A stretch of 63,949 bases of DNA, filler included, from Candidatus Woesearchaeota archaeon (lineage in GTDB: Archaea; Nanobdellota; Nanobdellia; Woesearchaeales; WJIZ01): assembly GCA_018221205.1 (NCBI GenBank). It is 8 parts of 8 records of this genome, joined end to end, with 100 filler letters (N's around TTAATTAATTAA, not from the genome) between each part and the next. Parts side by side here need not be neighbours in the genome. Positions count along the whole stretch, not along the records: positions 13,141 to 26,050 come from JAAOYF010000059.1; positions 26,151 to 39,437 come from JAAOYF010000060.1; 6 more parts are not named here. One strand, given 5' to 3'. This document shows, piece after piece, positions 18,876 to 29,611 of the stretch (positions within the stretch are counted from its first letter, which is position 1; each line of letters starts with the position of its first letter). The notes below the pieces were generated by a model, which searched no databases, had not been told where the DNA came from, and worked only from the letters and a program-made list of their open reading frames with translations. The translations under genes and the position numbers were made by a program.

Positions 18876-19478
18876 CTATACAAAGAAAACCATCACTAAT
18901 CCAATAGCCACAAGAATACCATATATCACCTTGTTCCAGTTCAGGATCTTCTTGCCATCGAACATGCCGAAGGGAAGCATGTTGAAGAGGCCGAGCCAGG
19001 CATTGATCCGGAAGCCGTAGAGGCTGATGAGCTGGATCATGGAGTTTTGATAGAGCATGCCTAATCCTAAGAATAAAGGTGCTAAGATAAAGTTCATTAT
19101 CGGTCCTGCTGCTGCTATCTTGCCATATCTTGATTTTCCAATGGTCCTGCCCTGGATCATGACTGCACCAGGAGCTGCGAAGATAAAGCCGAAGAAAGAC
19201 ATGATGATCGCGAATACGAGCATCTGCTTGAATGCCCTGAATTCTGCCCACGCACCATATCTCTGTGCCATGAATTTATGGCCTAATTCGTGAAAGATAA
19301 AACCTACTCCTACAGTAATTGAGGAAATGATGAAGCTCATATAGAGACTTCCTGTCCCCAGCAGATTACCAAAAGCAAAGCTGATGGCGAGCCATGCCAA
19401 AATCAGATCCTTGATCTCTATTTCAGAAAAGGAGAATGACCCTAGTTTAATCGCTGGTCTGTGATATGCTAATCTCAT
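18876..19478 (-). CDS. Site-2 (M50) membrane metalloprotease
   Basis: HELGH, AAAGP and FNMLPFGMFDG motifs. Confidence 0.92.
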   Translation of the reverse strand: MRLAYHRPAIKLGSFSFSEIEIKDLILAWLAISFAFGNLLGTGSLYMSFIISSITVGVGFIFHELGHKFMAQRYGAWAEFRAFKQMLVFAIIMSFFGFIFAAPGAVMIQGRTIGKSRYGKIAAAGPIMNFILAPLFLGLGMLYQNSMIQLISLYGFRINAWLGLFNMLPFGMFDGKKILNWNKVIYGILVAIGLVMVFFV

Positions 19479-19558
19479 AGAATCTTAGAGATAAAGTTGT
19501 TTTATAAATCTTGGGTTTAAAAGAAAAGTATATATAAGCTGCTTGGTTCATTCTGGAT

Positions 19559-20569
19559 ATGAAATTCACGCCAGACCAATTTGAGAAAGAAACAGATCGT
19601 CTGTATGATGAACTGCAGAAAGCAGGCTGGAGCAGAGAGGATTGCTTGTTGATCACTCCATTGACTTTAGAGATCAATGCATTGAAGAAAAAACAGGATG
19701 CGATCATCTTGGCGCATTCTTATCAGACTCCTGATATCATGTATGGTGTTGCTGATTTTATCGGAGATTCTTACGGGCTTGCCCGAAAGGCGATGGAGAT
19801 GGATTGCAAGAAGATTATCTTTTGCTCTGTGCATTTCATGGGAGAGACTGCTAAATTGTTGAATCCTGCTAAAGAAGTCTTGGTCCCTTCTGTCGCTGGC
19901 TGCTCATTGGCTGCTTCTATCACTCCAGAAGATGTCCGGAAATTACGGGAGAGACATCCAGATGCAGGAGTTGTCTGTTATGTGAATACGACTGCTGCTG
20001 TCAAAGCAGAGAGCGATGCCAGCTGCACCTCTGCAAATGTTGTTCAAATCATCGATGCTATGCCTCAAGATGAGATTATTTTCATCCCTGATAAATTGAT
20101 GGGCATCAATATGAAGAAACTGACGAAGAAGAAAATACATCTTTGGGAAGGGACATGCATTGTCCATGAGCGTTTTGATGAAGAGGCTGTCAAGGCTATC
20201 AGAGAACAATATCCGAATGCAAAGATATTGGCGCATACCGAATGCAATTCAGCGATTGTCGATTCAGTGGATATGGCAGGAAGCACATCCCAGATGGTGA
20301 AGTATATTGCAGAGAGTTCTGACAAAGAATTTATGCTCGTTACAGAATGCGGGTTGACTGATCGAATAAAAGTGGAGCAGCCTACTAAGAAAATTGTCGG
20401 TACGTGCAATCTTTGTCCTTACATGAAAGAGATTTCTTTGAAGAATGTACTTAAGGCTTTGAAGAATCCATCTGATGATCAAAAAATCGAGATTTCTGAA
20501 GACATTGCTGAAAAAGCTAAGAAAAGTTTGGATAGGATGTTTGAGTTGGAGAAATCAAGCAGCCTGTAA
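19559..20569 (+). CDS. nadA: Quinolinate synthase
   Basis: ILAHSYQ, VHFMGETAK, AGCSLA, CYVN, CIVHE and CPYMK motifs. Confidence 0.96.
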   Translation: MKFTPDQFEKETDRLYDELQKAGWSREDCLLITPLTLEINALKKKQDAIILAHSYQTPDIMYGVADFIGDSYGLARKAMEMDCKKIIFCSVHFMGETAKLLNPAKEVLVPSVAGCSLAASITPEDVRKLRERHPDAGVVCYVNTTAAVKAESDASCTSANVVQIIDAMPQDEIIFIPDKLMGINMKKLTKKKIHLWEGTCIVHERFDEEAVKAIREQYPNAKILAHTECNSAIVDSVDMAGSTSQMVKYIAESSDKEFMLVTECGLTDRIKVEQPTKKIVGTCNLCPYMKEISLKNVLKALKNPSDDQKIEISEDIAEKAKKSLDRMFELEKSSSL

Positions 20570-21949
20570 GCTAGCTATGTCAATCTGTTCTCCGTTTGGC
20601 AAGTACAATTCGACGTTTGGCGATACTCTCTTTCGATACTCAATGATATTTGCTAATTTGCTTTTCATTGCATCTCTCGTGGCAACAATAGCATCATGAT
20701 TCGCCTCTATCTTAGTATCTGGATTGACTACTGTTCCTTCTGCGATAATGACAAGGTTTCCATCAGGTGCTGTGACTTTGCTTCCGGCTCCGATTGTTAC
20801 TCGTTCGTCGACAATAGCGTTTCTTATGATTGCCTTATAAATCTCTGTCTTTCTATGGGTACCACCCATGACGATAGTATTGTATACATTTGAGTCATCA
20901 ATGACAGTATCTCCTGAAACCACAACATCAGTAAGTTCTGATTTTGATAGACGTACATTACCAGAGGAACTGTACACTCCTTTCTCAGTAACAACCCGAT
21001 GGATATATCCGTCACCGATCGCTTCAATCGACCAGTTCTGATCATTGAATAAAGCAGGGTCTTCTCTGATGAATACATCCATTGCAGCCTTGTGATATGA
21101 GTGTGGCTCTCCTACATCTTCCCAATATTGCCTATTTTCATGTACCCGTAGAACAATCCCTGTTTTTTTTCCAGTTGCCAATGCATGCGGAATAACATCT
21201 CCACCGATATCATATTTGGTCTGCGCTAGCGGATCCATCTCTTTTCGTGGTCCATCAAAGTGCATCTTATTCTGATCGGTCCTGAGCATATCCAACCATA
21301 CATCTAACGGGCCTAAATATATTCCTTCGCTCGCGAGTGCATTTTCGATAGGCTCTTCTGGCTTTTCAACGAATTGTTGAATTCTACTACCATTATGTTT
21401 GAGCATGCCAAATCTATGTTGCTGGTCTACAGATACGTCTCTTGCAGATATCACGAAATTATCTTTGTTTTTGAAGCTGTTGTATAGCTTGAGCATTTCT
21501 GTAAAATCATTCTGGTAGACATGATCTCCTGAAAGGCTAAGCACTAATTTAGGTGCTGCAGCATTTCCAGATATTCCAAGAATTCTCCTTGGTTTTCTTT
21601 CAAGAACGGTGAGTAGTGCTTGATACATCGCATCTGCAGTTCCTCGATAGTTTTTTCCTATGCCAAAAGAAGGAGGTACTACATCAATACCCTGTCCAGG
21701 ACCAAAATTTGCCCTATGGACATGAGCGAAGAATTCTTCTATCCTACGAGGTTGATATTGGGTCGCTAACACGATGGACCTCATATTGGAATTAATTGCG
21801 TTAGAGGTTGCGAATGCTCCTAGAATGCTTGGTCCGAATGGAACTCCTGGTTTGGCCCTGTACCATGTCAATGGACCTAGACGAGTTCCTGGTCCTCCAG
21901 CGAGCATTACTACCAATACTTCTCCGGTATGGATTATTTTCTCAAGCAT
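20555..21949 (-). CDS. glgC: Glucose-1-phosphate adenylyltransferase-like protein, divergent
   Basis: LAGGPGTRLGPLT-RAKPGVPFG, YRGTADA, LSGDHVY, FVEKP and YWEDVG motifs; C-terminal beta-helix. Confidence 0.85.
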   Translation of the reverse strand: MLEKIIHTGEVLVVMLAGGPGTRLGPLTWYRAKPGVPFGPSILGAFATSNAINSNMRSIVLATQYQPRRIEEFFAHVHRANFGPGQGIDVVPPSFGIGKNYRGTADAMYQALLTVLERKPRRILGISGNAAAPKLVLSLSGDHVYQNDFTEMLKLYNSFKNKDNFVISARDVSVDQQHRFGMLKHNGSRIQQFVEKPEEPIENALASEGIYLGPLDVWLDMLRTDQNKMHFDGPRKEMDPLAQTKYDIGGDVIPHALATGKKTGIVLRVHENRQYWEDVGEPHSYHKAAMDVFIREDPALFNDQNWSIEAIGDGYIHRVVTEKGVYSSSGNVRLSKSELTDVVVSGDTVIDDSNVYNTIVMGGTHRKTEIYKAIIRNAIVDERVTIGAGSKVTAPDGNLVIIAEGTVVNPDTKIEANHDAIVATRDAMKSKLANIIEYRKRVSPNVELYLPNGEQIDIASLQAA

Positions 21950-21993
21950 TTGTTTCTGGAGCTTTTTCCTATTTATAAACCTTTCCTTTATAG

Positions 21994-22458
21994 TTACTTA
22001 GAAGTAGTGTCAAGTCTGTCACAGTATTCATAGATGCGTTCTGAGATGCTTGCTACATAATATTTCATGATCTTCTCTTCCAAGACTTCTTTTAATGAGG
22101 AGAATTCACTTATCCTATATTCATTCTTTACTTTCTCAACTAGGAAAATGTCTCTTAACCTTCTGATCTGTCTTCTGATGTTTGAAGATGCGGTGCCTAA
22201 TGAGGAGAGATTATGTCTCTTTCTTTGTTCAATGACTTTTTTCTCGATGTCTTCTGCTTTGATGAACTTCTTCTGCTGAGAAGAGTGCAGCAAGACATCT
22301 AAAATATCGACAATGACATCTCTTGAGTCTCCTGGCTGCAAAACGCCTAAAGAAAGACAGAGTTTCCTCACCAATCCTCTTCTCTGCAAAGAGCCGGGCT
22401 TTTCATATCTTCTTAGCGTTATTTCAGACAAAGGAGTATCTTTGCTTATCTTTGACAT
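21994..22458 (-). CDS. Conserved archaeal winged-helix-like protein
   Basis: EITLRRYEKP, SLGVLQPGDSRD and SNIRRQIRRL segments. Confidence 0.65.
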   Translation of the reverse strand: MSKISKDTPLSEITLRRYEKPGSLQRRGLVRKLCLSLGVLQPGDSRDVIVDILDVLLHSSQQKKFIKAEDIEKKVIEQRKRHNLSSLGTASSNIRRQIRRLRDIFLVEKVKNEYRISEFSSLKEVLEEKIMKYYVASISERIYEYCDRLDTTSK

Positions 22459-22489
22459 ATAGATTTTCTAGAATAAGGACTATAAAAAT

Positions 22490-25400
22490 TTATACTTTTT
22501 CAAGCCAGATCTCGAATTCTTTTCCTTTGACTTTCTCTTGGGAATGATTGGAAAGCTCTTTTCCAGCTTCAGTCGCAAATACAATCTCTGCTGCGCCTAC
22601 TTTTTCTTTGATGTTGGATTTCCATTTCTCGAACATCTTCACCATCTCTGCATCTGCTCTGACGATGAGATTGATATGGTCTTTTTTCTCTAATCCTGAT
22701 TTTTTTCTCAGGCTCTGGACCCGTCTCATCAACTCTCTTGAAAATCCTTCTGCCTCTAATGATGGATTGAGCTCTTTATTAAGATAAATGAATCCATATT
22801 TGAATTCCATCTCCTGCAGATTCTCAGGGGAACTCCTGGCTGTGTGGAAATGATCCTGCTTCAGGCTGAATTTCGCTTCGTTGACCTTTACTTCATGAAC
22901 ATGCTTCTCTGCCAGATGTGTGAGAATGGTCTCTGCATTATCTTGGGTCAATTTAGCGATGATCGCAGCAGCATTCTTAGGAAAGTCCTCTTCGATCCTC
23001 TGGACATTGGGCTTTAGGTCGGACTTGACATGCTCGACCTTGTTGCTCACCTTCAGCAGTTTTACATTTGTCTGCGATTTGATCATCTTCTCTGATCTCT
23101 GCAGATACTCCCTTATCTCTTTATTCAAGGTCACAATCGTGACTTCTTTCAAAGGCCACCGCACACCTCTCTGGATCTTCTCTCTTCCGGCGAGAATATT
23201 CTGGATAGCGTTCTGGGAGACGTCCATCTCCTTCTCCAATTTTTCATTGATCAGGCTTTCCATGACCTTTGGCCACTCAGAGAGATGGATGCTCTCTCGT
23301 TCCAGGCTAAAAGCTTCTTTTAGATTCTGGAATATCTCCTCAGAGATAAAAGGAGAAACAGTCGCAAGCATCTTCACGGCCTCGATCAGACAGCGATAGA
23401 TAGTGAAGACAACCAATTCCTTGTCTTCTTTGCCCCCTAAAGCAGCCTTATCTCTGATCAATTGGATATACGTCCTACTTAAATCCAAATACAGCTGTTC
23501 TATAAGGTCAGGCACTTCGTTGAGCTTGTATTGATCATAGGCTTCAGTGGCTTTCTTGATGGTCGAGTTCAATCTAGAGAACATATACTGCTCTTCTCTG
23601 CCAAATGCCTTGACTTTTGATATCTTTGCAGGATTCAATCCATAATTCTTGGCAAGATCAAGCAGATAATTATGGACATTCCACAGGACAGTGAGATTCT
23701 TATGCCTGACCTTCATATCTTCGAAATTATAATTCAGGTCAACGCCTGGATTTGCGCCTGCAATCATATAATATCTGAACGTATCAACACCATACTGGTC
23801 TATGACCTCTTCTGGCAAAATATAATTTCCCAATGACTTGGACATCTTCCTTCCTTTTGCATCCTGGACAAAGCCATGCATATACACATTCTTGAACGAA
23901 GGCTTATCAAGAGCAATCATCGATGCGACCATCAATAGATTGAACCATCCTCTGATCTGATCCTTGCCTTCGAGGATGAACTCTGCAGGAAATAATCTGT
24001 CAAAATGCTCTTTATTCTGAGGATAATCAAGGCAATTCCAGGAGACAGTCCCTGCATCTACCCATACATCCAGGATATCCGGAATTCTCTTGTATTTTTT
24101 CCCGTTCTTCTCGAATTCAATCTTATCAACAGTGCTGATATGCAGATCATCAACTTTCTGGCCTGATAGCTCTTCTAATTCCTGTGCACTGCCTACGACG
24201 ATATAATCTTTCTCGTCTTCGACATTTCTCCAAATGGGAAGGGGAGTGCCCCAGAACCGTTGCTTGCTAATTGAATTATCCCTCAGATTCTTCAGCCAGG
24301 AATCGAATGCATTGAAGGCAGCTTTAGGCACCCAAGTGATATCATTATTGGCCTTGATCATCTTCTCTTTCAGATCTTCAACTTTGAAGAACCACTGCTT
24401 TGTTGTCCGGAAGATGACCGGTTGGTGATGCCGCCAGTCATGAGGATATTCATGCTCAATCTCTGTCTTGGCTATCAAATCACCAGATTCTTCTAATGCC
24501 TGTATGAATTTATCATCATCTTTCTTTGCAGTCAATCCTGCAAATTTTCCCATCTCTTCTGGAAATATCCCTTTCCTGTCCAAGTTGTTGAATGGAGGGA
24601 TACCATTTCTGTGACCTATCTCGTAATCTTCTGGACCGCAGCCAGGAGCGCAATGCACCAGACCAGAACCGGCTGTTGTGTCGACATATTCTGTCGATAA
24701 CAAGATAGTATGGACTTTCTTTGATCTTTTCTTCAGCCCATCATAGATATGGCCTAATTCATCCTGCATCGGATGGATGTATTCCATGCCTTCCATCTTC
24801 TCTCCTTTGAACTGTGATTCTACTTCGAATTTCTTTCCTACTACGCTGCTGATGAAGACATTTGCTAAAGCGGAAGCGACAATCCAATATTCATCCCCTA
24901 CTTTGACCTTGAGATATTCGATGTCTGGATTGACCATCACCGCAAGGTTGAAGGGAATGGTCCAAGGGGTAGTAGTCCAGATGACCAAGAACTCCTTCTC
25001 TTTTCCTTTGATAGGGAACTTTACGAAGATGGAATCATCTTTGACTGTCTTATACTCTAATTCGTGCTTTGCCAATGCAGATTCTGAGATCTGGCACCAG
25101 GTCATGGTCCTTAAACCTTGATACAGCCTGCCTTTCTTGTGGGCCTGCTTGATGAGCCACCATTCAGATTCCATGAACTCTTTCTTGATAGATTGATAGG
25201 CATTCTCAAAGTCCATCCATACACCTAATCTGAGAAAGTCCTCATTCATGATCCTCATATTGTCTATGCAGAGCTGTTTACACTCTTCGATAAATTTAGG
25301 GACACCATAATCCTTGATCTCTTGGTTAGTCTTCAATCCTAATTTTTTCTGAGCAGCATTCTCTGTAGGCAAGCCGTGCATGTCATAGCCAGCCCTATCC

Positions 25401-25627
25401 CAGACATCAAAGCCTTTCATCCTCCTATAGCGGAGAATGCAATCTTTCAATGATTTGTTCCACGCTGTACCCAAGTGGACTTTTCCAGAGGTATAAGGAG
25501 GGCCGTCAAGAAAGTAGAAAGGCTTCTTTCCTTTGTTGCTGTCTTTTGCCTTCTGGTAGATAGAGTTCTCTTTCCAGAATCGCATTATTTTAGGCTCTAC
25601 CTGCTTGAAATCGTATTTTGAAGGCAT
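22490..25627 (-). CDS. ileS: Isoleucyl-tRNA synthetase
   Basis: DGPPY..HLGT, WTTTPWT, EGKDQIRGWF and KMSKS motifs. Confidence 0.97.
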   Translation of the reverse strand: MPSKYDFKQVEPKIMRFWKENSIYQKAKDSNKGKKPFYFLDGPPYTSGKVHLGTAWNKSLKDCILRYRRMKGFDVWDRAGYDMHGLPTENAAQKKLGLKTNQEIKDYGVPKFIEECKQLCIDNMRIMNEDFLRLGVWMDFENAYQSIKKEFMESEWWLIKQAHKKGRLYQGLRTMTWCQISESALAKHELEYKTVKDDSIFVKFPIKGKEKEFLVIWTTTPWTIPFNLAVMVNPDIEYLKVKVGDEYWIVASALANVFISSVVGKKFEVESQFKGEKMEGMEYIHPMQDELGHIYDGLKKRSKKVHTILLSTEYVDTTAGSGLVHCAPGCGPEDYEIGHRNGIPPFNNLDRKGIFPEEMGKFAGLTAKKDDDKFIQALEESGDLIAKTEIEHEYPHDWRHHQPVIFRTTKQWFFKVEDLKEKMIKANNDITWVPKAAFNAFDSWLKNLRDNSISKQRFWGTPLPIWRNVEDEKDYIVVGSAQELEELSGQKVDDLHISTVDKIEFEKNGKKYKRIPDILDVWVDAGTVSWNCLDYPQNKEHFDRLFPAEFILEGKDQIRGWFNLLMVASMIALDKPSFKNVYMHGFVQDAKGRKMSKSLGNYILPEEVIDQYGVDTFRYYMIAGANPGVDLNYNFEDMKVRHKNLTVLWNVHNYLLDLAKNYGLNPAKISKVKAFGREEQYMFSRLNSTIKKATEAYDQYKLNEVPDLIEQLYLDLSRTYIQLIRDKAALGGKEDKELVVFTIYRCLIEAVKMLATVSPFISEEIFQNLKEAFSLERESIHLSEWPKVMESLINEKLEKEMDVSQNAIQNILAGREKIQRGVRWPLKEVTIVTLNKEIREYLQRSEKMIKSQTNVKLLKVSNKVEHVKSDLKPNVQRIEEDFPKNAAAIIAKLTQDNAETILTHLAEKHVHEVKVNEAKFSLKQDHFHTARSSPENLQEMEFKYGFIYLNKELNPSLEAEGFSRELMRRVQSLRKKSGLEKKDHINLIVRADAEMVKMFEKWKSNIKEKVGAAEIVFATEAGKELSNHSQEKVKGKEFEIWLEKV

Positions 25628-25715
25628 TTCTATAAGGAGAAAAACACGATTTAAAAAGGTTCCCAAAATCTTTATATACCCATCAGCCGGATTTGGGTAT
25701 ATAAGAGGTAGATAG

Positions 25716-26050
25716 ATGCCGGAAAGCTTTAATCCTCCTATTCAGGAGAAGCCAAAATCAAAACCGCCTAAATTCAGCACTTTCTCAGGGGTGTTTGTCC
25801 CTAGTGTCTTGGCTATCCTAGGAGCGGTCATGTATCTCATCATGCCCAAGGTCTTGGGAGGGGTCGGCATGATCAAGATGCTCCTCATCATCTTGCTTGC
25901 GCATTCTGTCACTATCGCCACTGCTTATTCACTTTCTGCTATCGCTACTAACATCAAGGTCAAGGGAGGGGGATTATATTATCTTATCTCACGCAGTCTG
26001 GGGAGTGAATTCGGAGGCAGCCTTGGAGTACAGCTCTATCTTGCCCAGAC
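25716..26050 (+). CDS. Amino acid permease/cation-chloride cotransporter, truncated by the gap
   Basis: FSGVFVPS..ILG and GGGLYYLISRSLGSEFGGSLG motifs. Confidence 0.88.
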
Positions 26051-26150
26051 NNNNNNNNNNNNNNNNNNNNNNNNNNNNNNNNNNNNNNNNNNNNTTAATT
26101 AATTAANNNNNNNNNNNNNNNNNNNNNNNNNNNNNNNNNNNNNNNNNNNN

Positions 26151-26336
26151 CATGAAATCCAACAGATATTTAGATATCATTACAAAGATGAATGGGTAAA
26201 TCAAGCATTCATCAATTCTCACAGCAGATTATGGATACAGGCATTCAATGATCTGGTGAAGCAAGGTTTTATTCAGCGAAAAAAAACAGGGGAAGGCTAT
26301 AAATACAAGTGGATTGCAGCTTTTCCTGAACTGTGA
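26151..26336 (+). CDS. C-terminal fragment of a hypothetical protein
   Basis: Open frame HEIQQIFRY...AFNDLVKQGFIQRKKTGEGYKYKWIAAFPEL-stop, with a winged-helix-like end. Confidence 0.5.
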   Translation, partial: HEIQQIFRYHYKDEWVNQAFINSHSRLWIQAFNDLVKQGFIQRKKTGEGYKYKWIAAFPEL

Positions 26337-26400
26337 CCATTCTTGAAACATAACAAAACCTTTTATATGGGCATATATAAATAGGGTATAGGGGTGGCCC

Positions 26401-28998
26401 TTGAAGGCTATTATAGAATCTGAAAAGGAAATGAAGAGTTTTGAGAAGCTTCTTTCTCATAAAGATAAAAGTATTGATTTTCTGAATAAGCAGCATAGCC
26501 ATACCAAACACTCTTTCAAAGAGATGGAAAAATATCTCAAGTATAAGCATCAACTCATCCAGGAGAAGGAGCAGCTGCTTAGAGACTTTGAACACAAAGT
26601 GCTGAGTAAAGAGGGAGTGATGAAGGATCGTCTGAAAGAGGTGCATCAACTGACTGTACGAGCGGAGCAGCAGGCTGCTGAACTGTCTAAGAAGATCCAG
26701 GAGCAGAAGAAAGCGAAAACTAAACTGCGCACATGGCAAAGTTCCCTTTCATCAAAAGAAAAGAACCTCAAAAGCATGCAGGAACTGGTGAAGAAGAAGA
26801 AAAGTGAATTTAAGACAAGACTTGCTGATTATAACAAAAAATTGATGCTAGAGAAGGCAAAGCTTTCTACTCTGGCGAGAGAAATTGGCACGAAGGAGAG
26901 ATCTTTGATGCAGCACCAGTCTAAATTAGGGAACATTCTCGATGATCACAAGAAAATGCGCATAGAGGTGGAGCAGCTTTCGAGCAGGAAGGAAACCTTG
27001 CAGATCAATGTGAAGAAGAAAGAGCAGCGTCTTAATCAGCTGATCAAGGATATCGAAAGCCATCAAAGAAGGAAAACAGATGAACGAAGCAATTTAGCAA
27101 AGACTTTGAGCGAGATGAAACAGGAGCTGAACAGCATCTCAACCCAAGTGGGATCTGAGAAAGAAGAATTATTGTCTTTACAGCAGTCGGTGAGCGCTAA
27201 GAAAGAGCAGCTCAAGTCAAAATCCATAGAACTGAACGCTTTGAAAAAGAAATTGAAGGGTGAGCAGAGCAAATACGGCCTGCTGACAAAGAAGCTGGAT
27301 AAGAAAGAAGGGCTACTCATGATCAAAGAGGAAAGACTTACAGTGAAGGAACGGCAGCTTATCGCCAATGATAAAGGGCTTGCTGCATTGAAACAATCAC
27401 ATATGCAGGAATCAAAGGAGCAGGACAATCGGTTCAGTGCCAGATTGAAGTCTCTTCAGCATAAAGAGGATGTTTTGCAGGAGAAGAAGCAGAACCTGGA
27501 GCAAGAAAGAGAAACATTGGTGCTGCAGGAAGGAGAGCTGGCTGAGACAAGAAAAGATCTTGAAGAGAGAGAAGAGAAACTTGTTGAGATGAGACAGCTC
27601 GTCGCGCACAAGAAGCAGATCCACGACGCCATCTCTCAGAAACGTGATGATCTGGTCAGGAAGAAGAAAGATGTCAAAGCAATGGAAGAGGATCTCGGAA
27701 AGAAAGAACAAAGGCTTCTGAGCGCGACCAAAAAGCACGATGCTGCCCTGGACAGACTCCATGAGCGGGAGAAATCACTTTCGTCATTATCAAAAGAGCT
27801 CCATAAGACCATGGAGGAGCAGAAGAACAGAGAACAGAATCTTGTTCTTCTGGAAAAATCGACGACAGAACAGGTAGGAAAGAAAAAGACCAGACTAGAT
27901 GAGATGAGGGTGCAGGAAGAGGAGAAGAGGAAACTGCTCCATTCTTTGCAGAGGGATATAACCCAGATACGTAGAGAGCTTTCAAATGAAAAAAGGACGA
28001 TCCAGACAAAGAAGAGTTCCCTACATAGCTCTCTTGCTTCTATCCGAGAAACAGTCACGAAAGAAGGTTCAGCACTGAAACGGAAAGAGTCCCACTTAAA
28101 AACATTACAGGCAGAGCTTATGCAGCGAGAGAATGATATCTCTGCACATGAATCACGTATGCGGGCGATGGAGCAGAACCTCAAGAAGGGGCATCATCGC
28201 TATGAGAATAAAGCAAAACGGGTCGATGCTAGGCACATTGACATCAAGAAGAGAGAAGAGCTACTCAAAGGCAAGGAGAAGAAGGCAGATGAACGGGAGA
28301 AAGCCCTTCTCAATCTTTCGAAGAAACTTGATGAACAGCAGCAACATATACGGGGACTGCATACCAAAGAGAAAGAGAAACTTAAGCTTGATCAGGATCA
28401 TCTTACGAAGACGAGGAGGGATGTCCAAAAAAGAGAAGGCGACCTACAGCTCAAGTCTTCCCGGATAGAGGGAAGAGAGGGTGCGTTGATGACCGAAGCC
28501 AAGAAGTTGGCAGCGAAGGACAAGGAATTGAAGAAGAGGGAAGATACTCTTGAAGAGAATGAAAAAGAGATCAAGGAATTCTCTACGACAATTCGCCGGA
28601 AAGAAAAGAAAATCACCCAGAAAGAGCATCATGCGAAGAAAAGCCTTGAGAAGCTCCAGAGCAAATATCAGACCCTCAACACCATGCTCAATAGTCTGCT
28701 GAGAAAGGCAGAGAAGGTCGAGTCTGCACCTAAAATGAAAGTGCCTAAGACCAAGGAGCCGAAAGCACAAGAAAAACCAAAGCAAGTTTCACTTCAGGAT
28801 CCAGTCTATTTCACCCAGATGTTCTCTTTGATGAATGATGCATATGAATATCTGAAGCAAGACAAGCCAAAAGATGCTTTGGATAATTATGATATCATCC
28901 GCACCTTATATCCGAGCCTTACCCCCGATGAGAAAAGGAAGATGTATCCAGAACTTCTTTCTCTGAAGCAGAAGATTGAAGAACATATGCATAAATAA
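26401..28998 (+). CDS. Long coiled-coil protein, 865 aa
   Basis: K/E/L/Q-rich heptads over about 780 aa, no Walker motif, short helical C-terminal domain; TTG start with a GGGGTGG SD. Confidence 0.85.
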   Translation: MKAIIESEKEMKSFEKLLSHKDKSIDFLNKQHSHTKHSFKEMEKYLKYKHQLIQEKEQLLRDFEHKVLSKEGVMKDRLKEVHQLTVRAEQQAAELSKKIQEQKKAKTKLRTWQSSLSSKEKNLKSMQELVKKKKSEFKTRLADYNKKLMLEKAKLSTLAREIGTKERSLMQHQSKLGNILDDHKKMRIEVEQLSSRKETLQINVKKKEQRLNQLIKDIESHQRRKTDERSNLAKTLSEMKQELNSISTQVGSEKEELLSLQQSVSAKKEQLKSKSIELNALKKKLKGEQSKYGLLTKKLDKKEGLLMIKEERLTVKERQLIANDKGLAALKQSHMQESKEQDNRFSARLKSLQHKEDVLQEKKQNLEQERETLVLQEGELAETRKDLEEREEKLVEMRQLVAHKKQIHDAISQKRDDLVRKKKDVKAMEEDLGKKEQRLLSATKKHDAALDRLHEREKSLSSLSKELHKTMEEQKNREQNLVLLEKSTTEQVGKKKTRLDEMRVQEEEKRKLLHSLQRDITQIRRELSNEKRTIQTKKSSLHSSLASIRETVTKEGSALKRKESHLKTLQAELMQRENDISAHESRMRAMEQNLKKGHHRYENKAKRVDARHIDIKKREELLKGKEKKADEREKALLNLSKKLDEQQQHIRGLHTKEKEKLKLDQDHLTKTRRDVQKREGDLQLKSSRIEGREGALMTEAKKLAAKDKELKKREDTLEENEKEIKEFSTTIRRKEKKITQKEHHAKKSLEKLQSKYQTLNTMLNSLLRKAEKVESAPKMKVPKTKEPKAQEKPKQVSLQDPVYFTQMFSLMNDAYEYLKQDKPKDALDNYDIIRTLYPSLTPDEKRKMYPELLSLKQKIEEHMHK

Positions 28999-29059
28999 AT
29001 CCTTTTAGTTCAACATTCTCTTTATTAATCTCTTTGGCTTGTCTTTTCTTGGTGATATC

Positions 29060-29440
29060 ATGGACAAAGTACAACATTTTGAGATACCAGCAGATGATAC
29101 AAGCAAAGCAGAGAAATTCTATACAAGCGTTTTTGGCTGGGATACTAAAAAAGTGGATGATTTTGATTATATTGGTTTGATGGCCACTACGACAGGAGAA
29201 GATGGCAGAGGAAATGAAGTCAATGCCATCTCTGGCGGGATGTTCAAACGTGATACGAAAGGAATGCAGCCGATTGTCGTTATCTCTGTCGATAATATCA
29301 AGAAGGCTCTTGAAAAGATCGAGAAACAAGGCGGAAAGACTGTTCTTGAGACCCAGAATATCGGCGAACACGGGCTGTATGCACGTTTTGAAGATATAGA
29401 AGGAAATATTCTTGGATTGTGGGAGACTGTTAAGAAATAA
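29060..29440 (+). CDS. VOC/glyoxalase family protein
   Basis: VQHFEIPADD..AEKFY..VFGW and FEDIEGN motifs. Confidence 0.92.
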   Translation: MDKVQHFEIPADDTSKAEKFYTSVFGWDTKKVDDFDYIGLMATTTGEDGRGNEVNAISGGMFKRDTKGMQPIVVISVDNIKKALEKIEKQGGKTVLETQNIGEHGLYARFEDIEGNILGLWETVKK

Positions 29441-29611
29441 AGAATTGTTAAGGACTTTCGAGATTTGATTTTTCTTTTATATTTTACATCTACATAGATG
29501 TTCAACTACTAAATTATAATTTTAGCACTGGCACTGGACATTTCTGTACACGTGAGCTATATAAATATAAAATCATTTACGCAGTATCGCTGGCTAGAAT
29601 ATGGACGTAAA

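Noticed and set aside
26401..28998. SMC/Rad50 call
   Set aside because: No Walker A/B, signature motif or hinge.
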